Shown piece by piece: positions 53,480 to 64,000 of a stretch of DNA of 64,000 bases. The stretch is taken from the NCBI RefSeq assembly GCF_006345805.1, contig NW_021833082.1:20952-84951 (forward strand), in the 5' to 3' direction. The stretch's first letter is position 1, and each line of letters starts with the position of its first letter. Below the pieces are notes generated by a model, which saw nothing but the letters and a program-made list of their open reading frames with translations, ran no database searches and was not told the origin of the DNA. This stretch comes from Octopus sinensis (lineage: Eukaryota). The position numbers and the translations under genes are program-made.

Positions 53480-54265
53480 TGAAGGCTCGTGGGTTAGTGG
53501 TTAAGGGTGTTCGGCTCGTGATCGTACAGTTAAGCGTTCGATTCCTGGTGGAACACTGTGCCCTTGTGCAAGGCGCTTTATTTCACGTTGCTCCAGTCCA
53601 CTCAACTGGAAAAAATGAGAAGTACCTGTATTTCAAAGAAACCAGCCTTTCACATTTAGTGTCACGCTGAATCTCCCCGAGAACTACATTAAGGGTACAC
53701 GTGTCTGTGGAGTACTCAGCCACTTGCACATTAATCTTACGATTCCAAGCAAGGTAATATTTCTCCACGGCCGTACATGTTTTCACGGAAGGCTGGAAAC
53801 GAACAACACTGCCTGTGTAACGGTGACGCTCATTTACAACTAACGGATTGCTTGAAGCTAACTCTCTTCCTACACCTCGATACTTGGATCTGTTATATAT
53901 GTGTGTCTGGTTGGGGGGTCGCGGTCGTCGGTTCGCGGTTTCGATTCCCAGACCGGGCGTTGTGAGTGTTTATTGAGCGAAAACACCTAAAGCTCCACAA
54001 GGCTCCGGCAGGGGATTGTGGTGAACCCTGCTGTACTCTTTCACCACAACTTTCTCTCACTCTATCTTCCTGTTTCTGTTGTACCTGTATTCCAAAGGGG
54101 CCAGCCTTGTCACACTCTGTATCACGCTGAATCTCATCGAGAACTACGTTAAGGGTACACGTGTCTGTGGAGTGCTCAGCCACTTGCACATTAAATGCAC
54201 GAGCAGGCTGTTTCGTTGATCTGATCAACTGGAACACTCGTCGTCGTAACCGACGGAGAGCCACG
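53480..54265 (+). mobile_element. Two SINEs (C-like head at ~53483; B-like head at ~53915) sharing the same 3' tail
   Basis: TACCTGTATT...CACGCTGAATCTC...TAAGGGTACACGTGTCTGTGGAGT(A/G)CTCAGCCACTTGCACATTAA at ~53620-53735 and ~54080-54195. Confidence 0.8.
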
Positions 54266-54351
54266 ATACATATATAGATACACGACGACGATCTTCCGTA
54301 CAGTTTTCATCAACCAAATTCACTCATGAAGCATTGGTTGTCCCGGGGCTT

Positions 54352-54768
54352 GGATCTTTTCGGTTTGACCGGCAGTTTTTTCTAGCATTGTCATATGAAA
54401 TTGTCACCCATAATTATGACCCTAGTATCGATCTATTGCATTTCAATCTGTTTTAGGGTTAGGATTAGGGTTGGGGTCAAGGGTATCTTTTTTTCTTCAG
54501 AAATGTAAATAAACCCAATCTGTTTCTTAAATGAGGGACATATTCATACGGCACAGAATGTTTTCACCTCAATAGACGTCATTGATTGGTTGAAATTGCA
54601 GAAATTGAAGGAAAAACAACAAATATCTTACAAGCTATAGAATTTTCTCAATAAAGCCAGGAGAAAAAGATGTTTTATAAACACATTCTACCAGTATACG
54701 AAGTTTAAAAGTGTTTAGTTACGTGGAAATTATTTTCAAAAAAACTGCCGGTCAAACCGAAAAGATCC
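54352..54768 (+). mobile_element. Merlin-like MITE with perfect 30-bp TIRs and perfect 8-bp TSD
   Basis: CGGGGCTT at 54344-54351 and 54769-54776. Confidence 0.93.
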
Positions 54769-55342
54769 CGGGGCTTTAGTAAAAAAAAAAAAAAACATTT
54801 CGTCGAAGCACCGCTTAGTCGAATTGAACCCTAGACCACGTGCTTGCGAAACGAACTTTTTAACCATAGAACTATTCATGCGCATAGAACGTTCACCGCT
54901 AAGACAACTTATAAACATTCAAAGCGGGCACGGCGAACTGCGAGGAGCGGTGAGTCCTGGCGTGTTATTGGGACGGAGTCAGGATCTGTGATTGCGTAAA
55001 GGTGTATATATATAGCTAATGGTAGAAAAGGGTGTGTATACATAATCCCGTCAGCTGCGATGTGTCATTCATGAAGAAGATTCCACTCATGTAAGTTTGT
55101 TGTTTTCAATTCGCTCTGTTCTTCCGAATTTCTATGATGCGTGTGTGGTGTGTGGTGTGTGGTGTGCGTGTATGCATATATGTGTGAGCGTGCTTGCGTG
55201 TGGGTACATATATATATATATATATAGATCTAGAAAATACACAATTACTTATATATATACACACAAACGATACATATTGACGCACTGTAGTAACATACAC
55301 ATGTGTGTGTGTTTGTGTGTGTATATATATATATATGTATAT

Positions 55343-55400
<58 letters not shown>

Positions 55401-55447
55401 CACACACATATATACGATCAATCTCACACGAACATTATATAACACAA

Positions 55448-55503
<56 letters not shown>

Positions 55504-55709
55504 TATTTATACACACACACACGCGCGATCAATCTCATACGAACATTATATAACACAGACATTTTTATATATATATATAGGTATATATATATAATGTATG
55601 TGTCAGTTATTAAAACTGCGGCCACGTGTGTGATATATATACATATGTATGTGTGTATATATATATATGGAGAGAGAGAGAGAGAGAGATCTATATGTAT
55701 ATGCGTGAT

Positions 55710-55746
<37 letters not shown>

Positions 55747-56279
55747 GACACACACACATATATACACATGCATGTACACATATATTGTGAGAGTGTATGT
55801 ACATACATATACACACATCCCAGCGCTTGGCAACGCAGCCCACCACCTACCAAACCCGGACACGTGATAGTTCTGGAATTAGTAAATATTTGTTGTTGCT
55901 TTAACATCTGTCGTCCTGTGGAATGGTCAGAGCTTTTGTTTTTTGGGGTTCTTGTAGTGGCGATTATAAGTAAACATGCGATCAGAGACGTTCTATAAAT
56001 GACCACCACTCCATTTGTGTTTGTTTGTGCGTGTGCGTGTGTGTGTTTTTTTTCTTTCTCGTATACCAAGAACTATCCTTCCTATTCGTCGTTTAAAAGC
56101 TATAAGGTGTGATTTCAGGGATATCTGGCTGCTATTTCTCGCATGTCAGGTAACCCCCCCGTAGTGGCTGTATTCTTGGTGACGGCGATTGTACTATTTC
56201 GGTGATGATTTGAATAGTTTAGAGGTGAAAGGTCAGGGTCATAGTTTTTTATTTTTTCTTTGACCTGACATGTCATTCT

Positions 56280-56810
56280 TTCTTCCCTCCCCTCCCTCTT
56301 TCTCTCTCTCTATCTATCTTTCACCCTTAAACTTCTCCTCTCTATTGCACCTCTACTCTTTCTCTTTTCACTTCTACTCATATACTCTCTCTCTCTCTCT
56401 CTTCCACTTATTTTCTCACCTTCGTGTCTGAACTTTCTTTCATATTTTTCTCTCTCACTTCTCTTCTCTCTCTTCTTCATTCTCTCTCTTTTTCTCTACT
56501 ATTTCTTTTTCTCCTCTCTCTCACTTCTACTCTCTCTTTTCTCTACTATTTCTTTTTCTCCTCTCTCTCACTTCTACTCTCTCTTTTCTTCAATCTCTCT
56601 TTCTCTCTTTCATTTCTACTCTGTCTCTCACTCTTACTCACACTTCCCTCTTCTCTCTTCCACTCTTCCTTTGCATTCTTTTTCCATTCTCTCTCTCTCT
56701 CTATCTATTTATCTATCTATCTATCTCTCATACCCCCTCTCTCTATTATTTGTCCTCTCTTCCATTCCCTTCCTCTCTCATTCATTCCTCCTTTTTACAC
56801 TTTCTACCAC

Positions 56811-56841
<31 letters not shown>

Positions 56842-56880
56842 ATTGTGTTTTTAGTCTTTCTACTTCTCTCTTTCCTTGCC
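56280..56880. repeat. CT-rich polypyrimidine low-complexity tract
   Basis: Direct reading of the sequence. Confidence 0.9.
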
Positions 56881-57499
56881 CTTCACCTAATTTTCTCCAG
56901 TTCTCAACACAAACAACCAAGTCGTTCACATTGCACATGTGTAAACATACGTCGACTCTTTTCAGTCAGTATTTTTTGCTAAAAATAGCTGTCAAATCCC
57001 ATCAAAAATCACTTCCTACGTAACTGTTGTAAAACAAAGACACATTTATTTGACAATGTCGGCCCAAGATTTACAAACGAAAAATAACAGATAGATTCAG
57101 TCCCTCTGTGTAGCCCTGGCCTGACCACAAAGCCTTGCGAATGGATTTGGTAGAAGGAAACTGAGAGAAGCCCGTCGTCGCGCGCGCGCGTGGATGGCTT
57201 CCGTCCTGCAACACAACGGTTCGGCAAAAGAGAGCAATAGACTGGAGTCGATGTTAGATCAAACCCTTCAAGGCAGTGCCCCAGCATGGCCACAGTCCAA
57301 TGACCGAAACAAGTGAAAGGTAAAAGATAAATCATTCTATTACTTGTTTTAGCCATTGGACTGCGGCCGAGCTGGAGCCATGCCTTAAGCGGTTTAGTCC
57401 AGATATGAGCATTCTTTTCTGAGAAGCGGGCCGCACTGAATTATGTCAAGGTGGGTTTTCATTTAGCTTGCCTTTCAGAAAGTCTCCCGGGCCGTATTT

Positions 57500-58073
57500 G
57501 GATCTTTTCGGTTTGAACGGCAGTTTTTTCTAGCGGTGTCATATGAAATTGTCACCCATAATTATGACCCTAGTATCGATCTATTGCATTTCAATCTGTT
57601 TTAGGGTTAGGGGTATGGGGAAGGATATCTTTTTTTTTCTTCACAAATGAAAATAAACCCAATCTGTTTCTTAAACGAGGGACATATTCATACGACACAG
57701 AATGTTTTTTTTTACTTCAATAGACATCATTGATTGGTTGAAATTGCAGAAATTTAAGAAGAAAAAACAACAAATATCTTACAAGCTATAGAATTTTCTC
57801 AACAAAGCCAAGAGAAAAAGATGTTTTATAAACACATTCTACCAGTATACGAAGTTTAAAAGTGTTTAGTTACTCTTTTACTTGTTTCAGTCATTTGACT
57901 GCGGCCATGCTGGAGCACCGCCTTTAGTCGAGCAACCTGACCCCGGGACTTATTCTTTGTAAGCCCAGTACTAATTCTATCGGTCTCTTTTGCCGAACCG
58001 CTAAGTGACGGAGACATAAGCACACCAGCATCGGTTGTCAAGCAATGCTAGGGAGACAAACACAGACACACAA

Positions 58074-58106
<33 letters not shown>

Positions 58107-58686
58107 CATATATACGACAGGCTTCTTTCAGTTTCCATCTACCAAATCCACTCACAAGGCTTTGGTCGGCCCGAGGCTATAGTAGAAGGCACTTGCCCAA
58201 GGTGCCACGCAGTGGGACTGAACTAGGAACCATGTGGTTCGTAAACAAGCTACTTACCACACAGCCACTCCTACGCCTATATATACATATATACGATGGG
58301 CTTCTTTCAGTTTCCATCTACCAAATCCACTCACAAGGCTTTGGTCGGCCTGAGGCTATAGTAGAAGGCACTCGCCCAAGGTGCCACGCAGTGGGACTGA
58401 ACCTGGAACCATGTGGCTGGTTAGCAAGCTACTTACCACACAGCCACTCCTACGCCTATATATACATATATACGATGGGCTTCTTTCAGTTTCCATCTAC
58501 CAAATCCACTCACAAGGCTTTGGTCGGCCTGAGGCTATAGTAGAAGGCACTCGCCCAAGGTGCCACGCAGTGGGACTGAACCCGGAACCATGTGGTTGGT
58601 TAGCAAGCTACTTACCACACAGCCACTCCTGCACCTTACGTGGAAATTATTTTTTTTAAAAACTGCCGGTCAAACCGAAAAGATCC
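57500..58686 (+). mobile_element. Merlin-like MITE with a nested SINE-A (57871-58637, minus strand) whose head is triplicated (179-bp units)
   Basis: Both TIRs are present. The MITE breaks at TTTAGTTAC and resumes TACGTGGAAATTAT. Head units start at ~58112, 58291 and 58470. Confidence 0.88.
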
Positions 58687-58760
58687 CATCTTGCCAAGCT
58701 GCTCAGTTTACCGGAACGCAAAAACAAGAAGCACTAGCGGTCAAGTGGTGGCATATGTAA

Positions 58761-58794
<34 letters not shown>

Positions 58795-59188
58795 TGTGAG
58801 CAGTCGAATTCTTAAGTCGCACCCAGTGGCCTTGAAAGAAGAGAACCGATTGTATATTGTACGACGTCGCTTGATCTTTGAGTTTAGAAACATCACTTTC
58901 GCTTTTGTAATCACTGATTTTTTTTTTTTTATTGTTTCAAAATATCAAAACGGTGTCCTAATTCTAATTTAGGCCCTAACCTCTTAATCATATCCGTAAA
59001 CTTCACCCATGCAGTACTTGTACTGACTTGTTTTCTTTTTATGTTTCGAGTTCTAACACCACCGAAGTCGACTTTATTTCTTCGTGCTTTCGAGGTCAAT
59101 AAACTATACCAGTCAGGTTCCGGAATCGATGTAATCGACTAAACCACCTCTTCATAAAAATTATTGGCCTTGTACTAAAAATTGAAAC

Positions 59189-59284
<96 letters not shown>

Positions 59285-59498
59285 GGAGCTTTTCAGTTTG
59301 AACGGCAGTTTTTTTCTAGCAGTGTCATATGAAACTGTCACCCATAATTATGACCCTAGTATCGATCTATTGCTTTGTAAGCCTCATACTTATTCTATCG
59401 GCTCCTTTTGCCGAACCGCCAAGTGACGGGGACGTAAACACACCAGCATTGGTTGTCAAGCGATGATGTTGGGGGGGGGGGATAAACAGACACATAAG

Positions 59499-59530
<32 letters not shown>

Positions 59531-59690
59531 TATATATATATATACGACGGGCTTCTTTCAGTTTCCGTCTACCAAATCCACTCACAAGGCTTTGGTCGGC
59601 CCGAGGCTATAGTAGAAGACACTTACCCAAGGTGCCGCTCAGTGGGACTGAACCCGGAACCATATGGTTGGTAAGCAAATTCAGTCCTAT
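59285..59690. mobile_element. Merlin-like MITE left end fused to a 3'-truncated SINE-A (minus strand)
   Basis: MITE 59285-59373 ends ATCGATCTATTGC and is followed directly by TTTGTAAGCC... Confidence 0.8.
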
Positions 59691-59745
59691 GCGTAGCACC
59701 TTGGGCAGTGGTTAATCAAAGCCTTGTGAGTCAAAGTAGCATGTC

Positions 59746-59785
<40 letters not shown>

Positions 59786-59786
59786 A

Positions 59787-59830
<44 letters not shown>

Positions 59831-60089
59831 AGATAGATAGATGTGTGTGTGTGTGTGTGTATGTTTCTGTGTCTGTGTCCCACCACCACCATCGCTGTTA
59901 GTGTGTTTACGTTTCCTTAACTTAGCGGTTCTGCAACAGAAACCGGGATCTGTTCCATCTCACACAGAGGTCGATTTCTTCGACCAAAACCCTTTAAGGC
60001 GGTGCTCCAGCATGGCCGCAGTCAAATGAAATATGTAAAAGATATATATTATATATATATGTATATATACATACACACATACAGGCATA

Positions 60090-60535
60090 AGTACACAAGT
60101 GCGCTCCCTACCCCCCAACTTCTTTTTTGTTTATAACTTGTAGAAAAATCGATACTTTTTAGAGAAATTTTCTTCAAAATACCTTTCAGATGAAGAAAAT
60201 TTGACGGGCGCGCATACGTACTGACACAATTTTTCAAAATTTCGAGTTTCAATATACAAACATACGTACGTATGTGTGTGTATGTTTTTCTGTGTGTGCA
60301 CTCGTATAACTGTGTATGTATGTTTGTATGTATGTGTGTCAGTATGTACGTTTGCGCGCCCTAGAGTTTTTCTCTTTGTTTCCCCCCCACGTTTTAACGT
60401 GGAAATAAAGAGAGAGAGAGAGAAATTTTGATATAATGGTAATCTACACCATCTGAAATATATTTGAAGAAAATTTCTTGAAAAAAATACTCATTTTTCT
60501 GTGAGTTATGAGGAAACAAAGTCGGTGGGGCACTT
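60090..60535. mobile_element. Old DNA-transposon-derived element with diverged ~90-bp inverted ends; a related fragment lies at ~14200-14380
   Basis: ATAACTTGTAGAAAAAT...GAAATTTTCTTCAAAATACCTTTCAGATG is mirrored by CATCTGAAATATATTTGAAGAAAATTTC...TTTTTCTGTGAGTTATG. Confidence 0.55.
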
Positions 60536-60602
60536 GTATGCATATGATATATTCATATCTCTCTGTCTCTTTCTATGAAGATAGATAGATAGATAGACAG
60601 AC

Positions 60603-60675
<73 letters not shown>

Positions 60676-60936
60676 TAGAGGTAACTTAGCTACTTAAAAT
60701 GAGTTACTAGGGGCCGATATGTTTCTATTGTATAACCCTTGAAGAAATTAAGGATAATAATATGTTTAAGGTCAACTTGGCCTTTCATCCTAGCGGGGAT
60801 CGATAAATTTAAAGGACCAATCAAGTGCTGGGGTCGCTTTTTATCGATTTAACTCCCCCTCCTTCTTTAGGCTTGTATCTATGCAAGACTTTATACGTGC
60901 GTGCATATATATTTATATTTATATGTTGCACCTGTA

Positions 60937-62176
60937 ATCAAGGGCGTTCCCTTTGCGACTGTCCTGCCTATTATTCAGGCATTGTGTATCTAGGACTACA
61001 TTATCTAATGAGCTCTTCCCCGTTGCTGTTTAGCCCCGGGAAAGCCTTTTTTTTTGCAACGGTCCCATGATCAAATGTGTTCCAGATGTGACCATCCTGT
61101 CTTATTTTCAGACATAGTGTATCTAGGACTGCATTATCCAATGTGTCCTTCCTTGCTGGTTCATTTAACCCTGGGCCATTCCTGATCCAGCAGACTTATG
61201 ATCAAAGATGTTCCAGATGTGACCATCCTGTCTTATATTCAGACATAGTGTACCTAGGACTATATTATCAAATGAGCTCTTCCCCGTTGTTGTTTAGCCC
61301 CGGGGAAGCCTTTTTTTTGCAACGGACCCATGATCAAATGTGTTCCAGATGTGACCATCCTGTCTTATATTCAGACATAGTGTACCTAGGACTATATTAT
61401 CAAATGAGCTCTTCCCCGTTGTTGTTTAGCCCCGGGTCAGTCTTGCAACGGACCCATGTTCAGTGATGTTCCAGATGTGACCATCCTGTCTTATATTCAG
61501 ACATAGTGTATCTAGGACTACATTATCCAATGTGTCCTTCCTTGTTGGTCCATTTAACCCTGGGCCATTCCTGATCCAGCAGACCTATGATCAAAGATGT
61601 TCCAGATGTGACCATCCTGCCTTGTAGTCAGACATTGTGTATCTAGGACTACATTATCCAATGTGTCCTTCCTTGTTGGTCCATTTAACCCTGGGCCATT
61701 CCTGATCCAGCAGACCTATGATCAAAGATGTTCCAGATGTGACCATCCTGCCTTGTAGTCAGACATTGTGTATCTAGGACTACATTATCCAATGTGTCCT
61801 TCCTTGTTGGTCCATTTCACCCTGGGCCATTCCTGATCCAGCAGACCTATGATCAAAGATGTTCCAGATGTGACCATCCTGCCTTGTAGTCAGACATTGT
61901 GTATCTAGGACTACATTATCCAATGTGTCCTTCCTTGCTGGTCCATTTCACCCTGGGCCATTCCTGATCCAGCAGACCTATAATCAAAGATGTTCCAGCT
62001 GTGACCATAGTGTATCTAGGACTACATTATCCAATGTGTCCTTCCTTGCTGGTCCATTTAACCCTGGGCCATTCCTGATCCAGCAGACCTATGATCAAAG
62101 ATGTTCCAGATGTGACCATCTTGTCTTATATTCAGACATAGTGTATCTAGGACTACATTATCTAATGCGTCTCTCT
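60937..62176. repeat. ~131-bp minisatellite with two alternative unit types (~9.5 units)
   Basis: ATGATCAAAGATGTTCCAG at 61587, 61718 and 61849. The shared half is followed by either an A-type (AATGAGCTCTTCCCCG...) or a B-type (AATGTGTCCTTCCTTG...) half. Confidence 0.93.
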
Positions 62177-62438
62177 TCCCCCCCCCCAAAAAAAAAAAGA
62201 AAATATAAATAAATAAATAAATAACAAAGAAAAACTAGGATTTGAGTTAGATTTTGCTGCTATTTCTTGCAGGCAGAGCGATCGCGTATAGGCGCTTCCT
62301 CGCTAATTCGAAGTAAACAAAGTTGTGGGTGTGTATATATGTATTTGTATGCGTGTATGAATGAATGAATACAGGAGACTCTGTTTCATGTGTGCGTGTG
62401 TGTATAATGTAAACAATTGCATATTGTAAACAGTATAC

Positions 62439-62497
<59 letters not shown>

Positions 62498-62589
62498 ACG
62501 TGTATCTATGTATAATTCCGTTGCGTATATATTGATGTATGTGTGTATGTACAATTCTGCTGCGTATATACATTTATATATATATAAAT

Positions 62590-62680
62590 GCCTTGTGAGT
62601 GATTTGGTAGACGGAAACTGAAAGAAGCCTGTCGTATATATGTATATATTATATATATATATATATATTATATATATATA

Positions 62681-62711
<31 letters not shown>

Positions 62712-62938
62712 GATATATATAATGTATGTGTGTGTATGGTGTTTTTGTCCTCCCCCTAGCATTGCTTGACACCGATGCTGGTGTGTTTACGTCCCCGTCA
62801 CTTAGCGGTTCGGCAAAAGAGACCGATAGAATAAGTACTGGGGTTTACAAAGAATAAGTCCCGGCAGGGTCGATTTGCTCGAACTAAAAGCGGTGCTCCA
62901 GCATGGCCGCAGTCAAATGACTGTAACAAGCAAAAGAG

Positions 62939-62940
<2 letters not shown>
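62590..62940 (+). mobile_element. SINE family A, 5'-truncated
   Basis: CCTTGTGAGTGATTTGGTAGACGGAAACTGAAAG ... CAAAAGAGTA. Confidence 0.88.
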
Positions 62941-63002
<62 letters not shown>

Positions 63003-63544
63003 TGAGGCAGGATGTTTAAATTGTTTTCCGCAGTTTGTTTCACCCTACGTTGGGGTTAGCTCAAGGCAGTCCGACCGGGACCATCCAGTTTTGATAACGG
63101 AGTGCACATGTACTTTTATGCTGTCCGACGTGTTTGTCACATCTAAAACCAGCGACGGTGCGGTTTGAGGAAGGGTTTGACTGCTATTTCTAGCAGTTCG
63201 AGCGAACTACGTAGCGGCCTTCTTGTGCGTTATAAGTGTTACAATGCGTATATGTGTGTCGTAAGAGGACAGGTCAGTTATTGATGTGTGTGCGTGTATG
63301 TGTACATGTTTATGCGTGTGTGTTTTGTATATGCGTGTATGTGTGTGCGTCCTAAGCAGTCAAGTGTGTGTGTGTGTGTGTGTGTGCTATAAGCGGTCTA
63401 GTGTATGTGTATGTTTGTGTGTGTACAGAACTATATGTGTTTGTTTCGTATATGCGAGAGAGTCGTGATACTTAAGTTTAGTACGCATTACTTTATAATT
63501 GAGTGGGGGTGTGCGTGACTAAATTTGTTTATATAAATTTGTGC

Positions 63545-63660
63545 GCTTATATAGATATAGATTGATAGATAGATAGATATAGATATATATATAGATATAG
63601 ATATATAGATATATAGATATAGAAATATATATATATATATATAGATAGATATATATATAT

Positions 63661-63691
<31 letters not shown>

Positions 63692-64000
63692 TAGATATAT
63701 AGATAGATAGAAAGATAGATATAGATAGATAGAAAGATAGATATAGATATATAGATAGATAGATATATATAGATATATATATAGATAGATATATAGATAG
63801 ATAGATAGATAGATATAGATACATAGATAGACAGATATAGATAGATATAGATATATATATATATAGATAGATATAGATAGATATATATAGATATATATAT
63901 AACAATGATAAATCTCAGAGCGAGTTATATGCGTCACGATATACATATATATATTGATATAGATATTGATAAAGATGTATAGATAGATATAGATATAGAT
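63545..64000. repeat. (GATA)/(TA) compound microsatellite
   Basis: Direct reading of the sequence. Confidence 0.9.

Noticed and set aside
61143-62212. ORFs with repeated QRCSRCDHPVLYSD peptides
   Set aside because: They are translations of the 131-bp minisatellite, and the frame is not preserved across units.

Overview
Eukaryotic, extremely repeat-dense non-coding DNA. The SINE, MITE and (TA)n/(GATA)n content points to an octopus genome; this is an inference from recognisable repeat families, not a database result. I find no host protein-coding gene that I can support, and almost all ORFs in the track are translations of microsatellites. Content: (1) a 12.7-kb GACA-based satellite with ~4-kb higher-order duplication, grading into a 37-bp minisatellite; (2) a 7.8-kb array of 108-bp units embedded in, and derived from, a piggyBac-like MITE; (3) 25-bp and ~131-bp minisatellites and a tandemly amplified hAT-like element; (4) dozens of tRNA-derived SINE copies of at least four head types, several multimeric or nested; (5) 3' remnants of RTE, CR1-group and CRE-like LINEs; (6) a Merlin-like MITE family with 8-bp TSDs and internal TTAGGG repeats; (7) Penelope-type remnants carrying degenerate minimal hammerhead ribozyme motifs. 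The best candidate for an undescribed system is a short element at 17.5-18.0 kb that combines a tRNA head, a hammerhead motif and an inverted repeat. Element boundaries were read by eye and are approximate unless TSD or TIR coordinates are given.
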